A DNA stretch of 64,000 nucleotides from Carcharhinus longimanus (lineage: Eukaryota), in assembly GCA_030264375.1 (NCBI GenBank), contig JASCQW010000156.1:14140214-14204213 (forward strand), read 5' to 3'. Numbering within the stretch: the stretch's first letter is position 1; every line of letters starts with the position of its first letter. The position numbers were made by a program, and so were the translations under genes. Under the pieces are notes generated by a model that worked only from the letters and a program-made list of their open reading frames with translations, was not told where the DNA came from and ran no database searches. This document shows, in pieces, positions 1-10,749 of this stretch.

Positions 1-790
1 ATCCAAAAGTCTGACAGCAGCGGGGATGAAGTTGTTCTTGAGTCAATTGGTACGTTATCTCAAACTTTTGTATCTTTTCCCTGAAGGAAGAAGGTGAAAG
101 AGAAAATGTCTGGGGTGCTTCGGGTCCTTAATTATGCTGGCTGCTTTGCTGAAGTGTAGACAGAGTCAATGGATAGGAGGCTGGTTTGCGTGATGGATTG
201 GCATACATTCATAACCTTTTGTAGTTCCTTGGGGTCTTGCGCACAGCAGGAGCATACCAAGCTATGATAATAACAAGAAAGAATGCTTTCTATGGTGCAT
301 CTGTAAAAGTTGGTGTGAACTGTCGTTGACTTGTCAAATTTCCTTAGTCTTCTGAGAAAGTAGAGGCATTGGTGAGCTTTCTTAACTATAGTGTCAGTAT
401 GGAGGGACCAGGACAAGTTGTTGGTGATCTGGACAGCTAAAAACCTGAAGCTCTTGGCTCTTTCTACTTCATCCCCATTGATGTAGACAGGGGCATGTTC
501 TCCTTTACACTTCCTGAAGTTGATGACAACCTCCTTCGTTTTGTTGATATTGAGGGAGAGATTATTGTTGCTGCACCAGTTCACCAGATTCTCTATCTCA
601 TTCTTGTCCTCTGTCTTGTCATTGTTTGAGATCCAACCCACTATGGTGCTTCATCAGCAAACTTGAAAATCGAATTTCAGGGGAATTTGGCCACACAGTC
701 ATCGGTATATAAGGAGTATGACAGCCTTGTGGGACACCGGTGTTGAGGATGAGTGTGGAAGAGGTGTTGTTGCCTATCCTTACTGATTGT
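1..790 (-). mobile_element. Degenerate Rex1/Babar-clade non-LTR retrotransposon fragment (RT C-terminal part and 3' end)
   Basis: ORF 132-641 reads WCSNNNLSLNINKTKEVVINFRK...LYFLRRLRKF...FYRCTIESIL; ORF 619-849 has LNTGVPQG; a decayed KFAD motif lies near 650-665. The frame is broken. Clade assigned from motif recognition. Confidence 0.8.
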
Positions 791-1051
791 GGTACGTGGA
801 GATGCTGAATCAGGCAGCAAATAGACTGCATTGCCCAAATATCCTGCATATCAAAAGTTGGATGCTTTCATTGGCCATTCCCATTTTCCCATGGCTGGCT
901 AGCTGTGGTTGCCTCCCCTACCTACTTTGTCTACTACACTGGAATCAGCTGGTGAAATCTGGTATTCAAAACAAGAAAGCATCCTCCCCCATGGGTATGT
1001 GTGACTAAAAGTTCTATGAGTTTTGATACCAAATCAGTCATAAGAAGATCT

Positions 1052-1355
1052 CTGGTTCAAATGATGTTCTGTGTTGAGTTAGCTGATCTTAGCACAGTCA
1101 ATATTGACAGTATTACAATTCACTTCTGGGGCTACGAAAATGAAGTAGGATTCTTCTTCTTCTTAATTGCTATTCAGTAATCTCTGAAATATCTGTAGGA
1201 GTTAAGTGAAGACAGAAACAGGCTCAACAATGATGTTCCCATGCTGAATAACCTACTTGCACTCACAATTTAGACTCTCAAATCTAAAACATCAACTTCA
1301 TTAAAGTATCAGGACAGCTTTTTTGCATTCCAGCAGGAGTCACTGTTTCCAAGAG
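1052..1355 (+). mobile_element. Old SINE-like interspersed repeat (family unnamed)
   Basis: Core 'tgttgagttagctgatcttagc...caattcac...'; related decayed copies at ~14075-14290 (-), ~41245-41605 (+) and ~63545-63640 (-). Confidence 0.4.
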
Positions 1356-2106
1356 AAATGAAAAAAAATTGAAAAAGAGATAAAATGAATCTTGTTGATA
1401 CGTTACATGTGCAACGCTAACTTGGTTTTTTTTCTCTACACACATGCCAACAGGCCTGCTGTGTATTTCCAGCGTATTTTGTTTCAGTATTTGTACATGC
1501 TGAATATATAATCTTGAACTATTAAAAACATACAGGACTGAACGGAATGCATCAGAATTACTTTAATGAGACTTATACCATGCAGTAATGCAAACCTCCT
1601 GTGTCACACAGCCATTTGAAAACCCAAACACATATCAGGTGCATTGATGCCGATCTTGGTTTTCCACTCCCTTTGTGTGCCAACAGTGCACAGGGACAGA
1701 ATTTCAGTCCCTTTAAAAAGAAAATGTTGGATTCTTATGCAAGATCTCCTGAATCCAATACTATAGTAGTCATAGACAGAAATTGAATATTCCTTTATTT
1801 TAAAAGGCCAAGATTGTTCACATGCTAATGTATTAATGAGTACAACGAGGGTAATTCATATTTAAAGCTAAGTGTGAAAAGGTATATTTGTATATCAAAT
1901 TCAAGTCTGCTGAAATTAGCTAATGCATTTTAATCTTGGAAACAATGTATCACATTAACATGATCAACTGCAAGATAAAACAGTTACATATTAACTAATT
2001 GGTAAATTGATATTCTAAAATATCTACTCTGGTCAGATAGTGGGTGTGACTTTCCTCCACTGTTGCTAATTCATCAAACTATTCATCCAACATTTGGTAC
2101 AAGATG

Positions 2107-2347
2107 GGCAGAAATTTCCTCCAATTAAATACTGAGAAGACTGAAGCCATTGAGAGGAATTTCCTGGCCTTGTGGCGGAAGCAGTGCGCTGTTTGCCAAT
2201 GGTGGGATCTTTTGGTCTTATCACCATCAATGGGATTTCCCATTGCACTCACAATTTAGACTGTACCCCACATTGCTGGAAAATCCGTGGCAAAGGGCGG
2301 GGTGCCAGAAGATCTCACCAGCCTGAAAAGCTGGAAAATTGTGGCCA
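2107..2347. mobile_element. MITE-like non-autonomous element with imperfect terminal inverted repeats
   Basis: Starts gggcagaaatttcc and ends ggaaaattgtggcc; the same terminal motif bounds elements at 48808-48943 and 58537-58820. Confidence 0.5.
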
Positions 2348-2477
2348 TTGTTTTTGGTCATCACCCTTGTACTCGCTGACCTATGTTGGCTCCCAGTCAA
2401 GCAACATCCTGGTTTTGAAATTTTCATCAATGTTTTCATGGTCTTGCCAATCTCCTCCAACCCACAATCCTCTGAGA

Positions 2478-2660
2478 TATCAGTGCTTCTCTAATTCTGG
2501 CCACTTAGCCATTCCCAATCATAACTTCCATCATTGGTAACCATGGCGTCAATTGCCTCAAACTCTGGAATTCCCTCCCTACACCTCTTTGCCTCTGTAC
2601 CTCACTTCCTCCTTCGAGACACTTCTTAAAACTTACTTCTTTGACCAAGCTGATGGTTAT
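2478..2660 (+). mobile_element. L2-type LINE 3' end fragment
   Basis: 'ctctggaattccctccct...cttcttaaaacttacttctttgaccaagct' matches the L2 ORF2 end (LWNSLP...LKTYLF). Confidence 0.6.
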
Positions 2661-3309
2661 CTAATTTAGTATCTCCATATTGGCTTCATACCCTATCCTG
2701 ATGTACATAATCTGTGCTATGATCCTGAAAGATCTACGTCAAGAAAACCTTTGTCTGATTGAGGTCGTCGGAGGTAGCTAGGTTGGGGCATAGTCTGCAA
2801 TGGCGATTTCACTGATGAGCAGGCCTGTGCTTCAGTGATGCTGTTTGCGTTGAGTTGATGGCTGCCATTTTAAGTGGAAATGTGGACAGGATCTTGATTT
2901 TTGTCCAGCCCAGAATTTTGGTGTTCATTTTGATGAACTGCGAGATATCCTAAAGAAAATGGATGAAGCAGAGAATCCTGTCAATGGAGAGGACAAGTTC
3001 CTTGGTGAAGGCTCCCATCCTGCCTGACTCGGGGGAGATGGGACCAGAAGAGTATCCATGCACATAGTCTCCTGAGGGGTGCATTCCTGGCCGAATTTGA
3101 GAATTGGCTGCTATGCTTTCACAATCTTGAATTGAGAATTGAGCGTCTCGAGTTCGATGAAGCACATTGCATCCAGTCTTTGGGGCTTGGGGTCAGTCGA
3201 AGACTCTGACCACTAGTCTTACATTGTCTTGTTCTCAGTGTTCATCAGGAGGTTGCCAGATGTATTGGGTTCTTGCCACCCACAAGGACCTAGGCTGAGG
3301 TATAATAAT

Positions 3310-3389
3310 GGGTAAAATACTCTGTCGGAGGGTCGGTGCAGACTCAATGGGCAGAATTGTCTCCTTCTGCACTGTAAAGATTCTATGAT
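3310..3389 (+). mobile_element. HE1-type SINE 3' tail fragment
   Basis: 'ggtcggtgcagactcaatgggc...ccttctgcactgtaaagattctatgat', the same tail as the full copies at 22483 and 35215. Confidence 0.7.
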
Positions 3390-3439
3390 GGTGGTGGCCA
3401 TGCTAAAGGAAAGAAAACAGAAAATCATCCAAAATGATT

Positions 3440-4190
3440 ATTTTTCAAACTGGAGGATGGCAGGCAGTGATACTCCACAACTGCCAGTGCTCCATACAGA
3501 ATTTACTTGAATATTGGAATACAGAATAAAATTTCAAAATTTGCTAATTGCACCAAACTTAGAGGCATAGCAAACAGTGAGGATGATACCAATTAACTGC
3601 AAGAAGATATAAACAGACTAGCAGAATGGGCACAAGTAGCAAATAGAATTCAATACAAAGGTGATGCATTTTAATAGAAGGGATAAACAAAGGCAATATA
3701 TTCTTATTGTGAGAGTTCTAAATGTGCATGGGGTCCTCGGGTTTGGGGGAGTCATCTGCACTGTATTAGGACATTTTGAAATACAGGATTTTAGGTTTCA
3801 TATAACAAAGTATTGAGTACAAATACAAGGAAGCTATGCTGCACATTTATAAAACTCTGGTTAGGCTACAACTGGTGTATTGCATCCATTTCTGGTCACC
3901 ACACTTTAGGAAAAATGTGAATATCCTCAAGACGATGCAGAGAAGATTTACTGGAATGGTTCAAGGGATGAGGGAACTTTACTATAAGGTTAGGTTGCAG
4001 AAGCTGGTGTTGTTCTCCTTGAAGCAAAGAAGTGGAGGGGAAATCTGACAAGAGTGTACAAGATTATGACAGGTTTAGATAAAGTGGGCAAAAATAGCTG
4101 ATGTTATAAGAACCATGGTTCACAGGTTTAAGGTTTTAGCAACAATGAGAGGAAAAACTTTTCTATTCATGAGTGGTAATGTTCTGGAAC
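3440..4190 (+). mobile_element. Degenerate CR1 LINE RT fragment
   Basis: ORF 3836-4048 IYKTLVRLQLVYCIHFWSPHFRKNVNILKTMQRRFT is the typical CR1 ORF2 C-terminus; upstream LQEDINRLAEWA-like sequence. Confidence 0.8.
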
Positions 4191-4447
4191 TACATGATAG
4201 TAAAACCATCATACATTCATATGCAGGAACAGGTTCTTTGCAACCAGAAGGAATATGTTCAAACCTTGCACTTTGAGGAACTTTATACTTCTCCACTGCT
4301 TTTCTCCAATGACAACACCTCAATCAATCAAAGTTGACTTGCCAATCAAGACCAGCAGCCATTTTCCCTGCAGTATAAATTGAAATTTGGTATTCTTGCA
4401 TTTGATGTGATGCAGGATGAAAAGATTCGGCACAGGTCTCTTTTCAG

Positions 4448-4900
4448 CAATATTTGGATTTCCAAAAGGCATTGATAAAAGGTTGCTACACAAGATAAGA
4501 ACTATATGGGGTTTTTTTGGTGGGTAGGGGGTTATGGGGATGGGGGAGGTGGATGATATATTAGCATGGATTGAGGACCGCCTAACTAACAGAGAACAGA
4601 ATTGGGATAAATAGATAATTTTCAGGATGATAACTGCTGAAATGCCAGAAGGCCGCAACTATTTATCTGTATTGATGATTTGAATGAAGAGTATTGTGGT
4701 CAAGTTTTCTGATGATCAAAGATGGATAGGGAATCAAGTTGTGAGGAAGATACAAAGAGCATGCAAAGGATGATAGTGGACAGAGATAGAATATAATGTA
4801 GGAAAATGAGAAATTGTCCACTTTGTCAGGAAAAATAGAAAAGCAGAATATTATTTAATAGAGAGAGATTGCAAAATGCTGTAGCACAAAGGGATCTGGG
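4448..4900 (+). mobile_element. Degenerate CR1 LINE RT fragment
   Basis: YLDFQKA (tatttggatttccaaaaggca), AWIED, and KFSDD (aagttttctgatgat) remnants. Confidence 0.7.
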
Positions 4901-5344
4901 AATACCTTAATTTTCAATTTCACTCTATTGTTCATAAGTTAATTGTGGATACATTGTTTATATCTGAAAAATTATAAATGACCCTTTCATAAAAATCTAA
5001 CTTTAATTAAAATATGTATTAAAAACATTTCCAATGCATTAAAATAATCAGGTGAGTCCCACCCTGGGTGCATATCCTCATCAACACGTCAAACACGTTA
5101 AAAGTCCTTGTAGAGGAGTGCACAAACAAATTCAGAAATTGATTTGTCCTGCATGTGAGGAATTGTAGCCTTTCCTGAATGCATCCAACAGTAATACTGG
5201 AACAAAGGGTGATGCTAATTGCACTCATTACTTTCGTCAAGATTCTTTGAGGAGATTTTGTCACAAAAGACCTGCTCATCAAGTATCCTTCTTGTCTGGT
5301 TTAATAATCTCTACATGAATCTGTTTTCCAATTATGGAGTTGGG

Positions 5345-5535
5345 GAGGAGTTTCTTCTATCAGAGTGTCTTGAATTCTCTTCCCCAGTGAGAATTGGAGG
5401 CTGGGTCATTGAATATATTCAAATTTGAGTTAGACAGCATTTTGACTGACAAAGGAGTGAAGTGTTATATGGGCCCTGATCTTGTTGCATGGTGAAGCAG
5501 TGTCAAGAGATTGAATGGTCTACTCCTATCCCTGT
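5345..5535 (+). mobile_element. CR1 LINE 3' end fragment
   Basis: 'tttcttctatcagagtgtcttgaattctct...gaatggtctactcctatccctg' CR1 3' UTR signature. Confidence 0.6.
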
Positions 5536-6224
5536 TGGTATTCAAATTTAGTTGGATAAACTCTAGTATTATGCTGTTCACAATTGGGAATTTCTAAGCC
5601 TTGACCTTTGCCATATTGCACCTAAACTCTCTGTAGTTGGTTAAGTCAGGCATGTCCATTCAAGGAAGAGTGTGTACTCTAGACTGGGCAAACAGATAAG
5701 CACTATGCTGTTGATTTCTCAGTAGCTTAGTTTTGTGATCCTTAAGCATTGTGGTCAGTTTTTGCTTGTGCTAGACACTAAGATGACTGGAATGGAAATA
5801 AGGAGTAAGGCTTTGGCTGTTTGAGCAGCAAGGACTTTACAGCACTGGATGAATTGCACTAACTCAGCAAAAACTGCAAATTGAAACTATACTTTTCTGA
5901 AATATTATTTGGTACCATACGCTGTGGTGCACATGCCAAGATTTAATAAGGAAGCCTCAGGATTTGGCAAACATTTTTAAAGATCACAGAATCATAGAAA
6001 GAGGCCATTCAGTCCATCACGTCTGCACTGACAGAGTACGGTACCCATGACATGTTGCAACAATTTATTCAGGCATAGGTGGTTTTGAAGTGAAATCATT
6101 TCTGAAATAATAACACTCGCATCTTTTTAAATAATATGTATATATTTTCAGCCTTTAAGGGATGGATGGCCTTACTCAATTTGAGTTTATCCTGACATTA
6201 CATTGTTATTGGCAAGAAAAACTG

Positions 6225-6576
6225 GCAATTATTAAGCATTTTTCATGACAATGGATGTCTTAAAGTGGTTGAAAGCCAACTGTTGTAATGTAGGAAATTC
6301 AACAGCTAATTTGTGTACAACAAGCTTCTCAAACAGCAATGTGGACATAATACGTTTTTGAGATGTTGATTGAGGTGTCAACACTGGCCAAGACACGAGT
6401 ATATCCTCTGCTTTTTAGAAAAAGCAATGGGATCTTTTTCGTCCACCTGTGAGGGCAGATGGGGCCTTGATTTAGCATTTTATCCAAATGACAGCTTGAT
6501 TTGCATGCTCAAATCCTGTAATGGGCCTTGAACTCACGAGCATTTGACTCAAGAGGCCAGTGCTATCAGCTGACAC
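6225..6576 (-). mobile_element. Deu-domain SINE (SacSINE1/AmnSINE-related)
   Basis: 'atgggatctttttcgtccacctgtgagggcagatggggccttgatttagcat' resembles the reverse-complement Deu domain; tRNA-like head remnant at 6520-6576 (B-box-like gagttcaaggccc on minus). Confidence 0.6.
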
Positions 6577-6729
6577 TAAAGCAAAAATAGACAGAGACAG
6601 CCCTACATACAAAAACTTTATTATATAAGTCTCAATTTGATTTATATGTATAGCATTTTCTAAATTATTGATTATACATGAAAAAAGTTACATTAATACT
6701 TGATCTTTGTATAATTGTTCGGACATCTG

Positions 6730-7401
6730 AGACAGAAAAAATCCCGCCACGTTATATCGCATCAAGCTGATGATCTGTAAAACATACGATCAGTTTTGTA
6801 GAAGAAAGCTAATCTTGATAATTAATGATATCGAGTGAACTTCAGGGAAAAAAATCCCTCCCTTCTGCGCTGTAATTTTAAAAGCCGACGGTCTGTGAAA
6901 CCAGTTATTGCATGTTTGTAGGCTGCTGTTGAAATTCGGTGGGCAGTGTACTGGTTCCTGGAAGAGCCCTGGGGGAGTCAGACGCATTCTTGGCTGAGAT
7001 TCAATGCCTGACCTAGACGTCGACAAACAGAGGGGAGAAGGCAGTCTGAGCTGCAAGGTCGTATTGTGTGGATATGCCGCGTCTTTACGCTTGCAGATCG
7101 TAAAGAGGGCTGAAAAGAAGAAAAAAAGGAAACAAAGTACAGAGTCTAAAACCAATTGGGGACTGGATTTCGAAGGACTGGTTCAACCAGCATTTGCTTG
7201 AAGAGATCTTTTTAAGGGCACAATTGTGGATATGTTTGAACGCAGGAGTGCTGCAGAAACACAGCACGCTTAGAGACTGGATTTCATGAGCTACTTTAAT
7301 TTTGTCCGTGGTGGTAGGGCAAACTTGGACGCCGTGGCTTTTTAAAAGGGGGATTTATCTTATTTTAAACAAAACGGGTGTGCTTTTTGGGGTCAGAAAT
7401 C
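6730..7401 (+). promoter_or_regulatory. Putative SKI proximal promoter / 5' UTR
   Basis: CpGs reappear from ~6720; repeat-free; E2F-like TCCCGCC at ~6742; lies directly before the SKI ATG. TSS cannot be placed from sequence. Confidence 0.5.
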
Positions 7402-8310
7402 ATGGAGACTGTACCAAGATCTAGTTTTCAGCCTCATCCAGGACTCCAGCAAACCTTAAAGCAGTTTCATCTCAGCAGTATGAGTTCGCTTGGAGGACCG
7501 GCGGCTTTCTCTGCTCGGTGGGCTCACGAGATGATGTACAAAAAGGAAACTGGGAAAGAGACAGATCAGATTATTCACCTACCTATACAGCCGCCTCCTG
7601 TCATGCCAGGACCCCTCTTCATCCCCTCGGACCGATCAACGGAGAGATGCGAGACCATTCTGGAGGGGGAAACCATTTCTTGTTTCGTAGTTGGTGGGGA
7701 GAAGAGGCTTTGCTTGCCTCAGATCCTGAACTCTGTGCTAAGAGATTTTTCCCTCCAACAGATCAATTCAGTATGTGATGAATTACATATTTACTGCTCT
7801 AGATGCACGGCAGACCAGCTGGAGATCCTGAAAGTCATGGGGATTTTGCCCTTCTCTGCCCCATCCTGTGGCTTGATCACCAAGACAGACGCAGAAAGGC
7901 TTTGTAATGCCTTACTCTACGGGGGAACCTACCCTCCCCATTGCAAAAAAGAATACTCTAGTACCATTGAGTTAGAGATCACAGAAAAAAGCTTCAAAGT
8001 ATACCATGAGTGTTTTGGGAAGTGCAAGGGACTCTTTGTGCCTGAATTGTACGGTAACCCTCATGCTGCATGTATCCAGTGCATGGACTGCAGGCTTATG
8101 TACCCTCCTCACAAATTTGTAGTGCATTCGCACAAATCATTGGAAAACAGAACCTGCCACTGGGGTTTCGATTCGGCCAACTGGAGAGCCTATGTCCTTT
8201 TGAGTCAGGATTACACGGCAAAAGAAGAGAAGGCACGATTGGAACAGTTGCTGGATGAAATGAAAGAAAGATTTGACTACAGCAACAAATACAAAAGAAA
8301 AGCACCCAGG
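7402..8310 (+). CDS. SKI: SKI proto-oncogene (Ski, SMAD co-repressor), first coding exon, 303 codons
   Basis: Translation [40 protein letters not shown]...[47 protein letters not shown]...[21 protein letters not shown]...[14 protein letters not shown]...NKYKRKAPR closely follows vertebrate Ski (N-terminal R-SMAD-binding segment, DHD, C2H2 zinc SAND domain) and fits SKI better than SKIL. Kozak context atcATGG; phase-0 donor AGG|GTGAGC at 8310/8311, equivalent to the end of human exon 1. Confidence 0.97.
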
Positions 8311-10749
8311 GTGAGCGTTTTTTCTAACTTGAGACGTATCTTTTACTATGGGTCGTTACAGTTAACTATTTCCACTATGGCTTAGAAAAAACCTGTCAAA
8401 ACTAGTATTGAGGGCGTTTGAATATAACCTTTTCTCAGGCTTTTTCAAACTCACCATAGGCGCTAATAAATATGACTCAGAACTGAACACAATTTCTCTC
8501 AATACTTAAAAAGTTAAATCATTCATTTTCGGTTTCACAAGCAGCGATACTGGACACGCATGTATTGTATCCTGGTTCTGTAAGCAGTTTCTACCGAGTT
8601 TTGTTTATCACTGTGGAAATTATGCATTTAAATTTCATTTCAGATGTACTTTCCCTTCCCTTGATGGAGAAGTTTTGAAATCATGAATGATATCTTTAAA
8701 TACTTGAAGGTGTACGTATTTTAATCGTTACCCATTATAGATAATGACGTGCTAAATTGGAAGCATTAAGTTGACTACGAGCTGCTCAATGTGATAGTTT
8801 CAGACAAGGGTGTGTGTTTCCTTGCTCACTAATATGTGGGAGTGGTTTTGTGAGACGTACATTAGTATGGAGAGGGCTGACTCTTAACTGCAGGCATGGC
8901 CTGTGTTGGGCACTGTTTTAGCCAATCCACATCCAGTTAGCAGATCGTGGGGATATTTAATGCCGAAAGACAAACTGGGGAAGCTGCTTAATCCGACCTA
9001 TACTCAAAACTAGATTTCAACATTATCACGACTGTGCTTAGTTTCGCTCACGTTTCATCTGGAAATACACATGGGAGTCATGAATATATGCTGAACCTGT
9101 CTGGGCAATTCATTCCAGATTATAAAAATGAGTTTGAAACTATGAGTTTGAAAATACAATTCGGCGATAAAAATCCGTGAATGATCGCCAATTTTCCTAC
9201 CTCCAAAGTGCGCTGTTAGCCTACCACTTCGATTTCTTCTGGTGTAAAAGTGAAAAGTTTGTATTTTTGTTTTTAGTGCTTTTTTTCCCCCTGTTAGCAC
9301 CCATCCCACTCTCTTTCATTCTGATTTCCAAACAGGAGCTAGCAGACACTGAATTGATTGTTTTTTTTTGCGTGGGTAAAGGTTACGGCCGTGAACCTTG
9401 GGATACCTCTTAACTGAATTAAAAAGGAAACGCTGAACTTTTCATTTGCATCAGTTGTTATGAATAAAAAAAACCGATGAAGTAAACTCGGGACATTGAT
9501 AAGTATGCGGTTTTGACTCTCAATGGGCTAATTCATTCTCTCGCGCCTTTTGGATTTTTGCCCCTGCTATAATATTGTACATTACTCGAGCAATTACAGC
9601 GCATTTAGTAAGCAGAAAAATAATGAGCTGTTCCAAGGAATATTGGATTGTGCTGCTTAAGTCTTTGGAGGAGAGAATTTACTTTGAAGAAATCAAGTTG
9701 CTAGAGTGTTTTTAAAAAGCAAAACTCTTTAGACCACAAAGTTACTTAAGAGGCGAAAATGGTCTCTCAACAGTTAAAGTCTAAGCTTTAGACATCGTGA
9801 AGGATCATTTTTCACACTTTCAAAATCGAACATTTAATAATGCAAGTGAACAGACATTTTAGGGAAAATCAAGTACTCCTTTGTGCCATCTGGATGAAAT
9901 CTGATATTTCATGCCAATTTTAAAGGGACAACTACAGAATCAGTTTGGTGATTATTCATTGCGAATGTAGATCCGTGCATTAAAAAATTGAGGTGCCCCA
10001 TTTCTGGATTTCTATCAATAAAAGTAACAAAATCACAGGAATATCCCTGTGATTTTTGTAAAAGCGTAATTTTCGATTTGCTGGGTAAATTCAAAATTGA
10101 AGCATGCACGCTGGAGGGCCCCGCCAGAAAGTATGGAAAGATCGCGTGCAATACAGACAGGAAGTTGTGGTTAATGAGACTTGTGGATATTGCGAAAGGC
10201 GAGAGAACTTAATGTGCAGGAGTGTTGAGAAACCTGGGTGTACGGACTTTGTCAAGATTAGACTTGAATCCTGCCCTCGTCCTCACACGCACCAGTTGAT
10301 GCAATTCTAGATTGACTAAGATAGGTGGCCATATAAGTTACTGTTGTCATCCCTCTTAGGTTTATGGCGGGAATTTGTAAAATAACTGGTGTGAAGTCTT
10401 ACCTCCCAGTCTTTTCGTACGAAACTGTATTTTTTCGTATTCTAACAACTCGGGATTCCTACTAGTGTATCCAGTTAACCTCCATATTCGCACCCTATAA
10501 TTTAGGTGGATGTGGGAAAGTAAAATTCCAAAGAGGCAATTTCCATTGTAAAATATTTTTGTTTCATGATTAAGTGTGCCGTGGCTAAAATACATTCTGG
10601 ATTTTCATACAGGAGTTAGAATTTTGGAGGGGGGGTAAAGAGAGAGAGGATGATAGTCTCAAGTCCTGAAAACACACAGGACCTTCAATTCTACCTCCCA
10701 CCATCACCAAATACCCGTGTATGATTGCAATAACAAAGATGCCTAGTGA

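Noticed and set aside
7378-7401. ORF-track N-terminal extension MCFLGSEI from a GTG start
   Set aside because: The start is GTG, not ATG; the ATG at 7402 has good Kozak context and matches the vertebrate Ski N-terminus.
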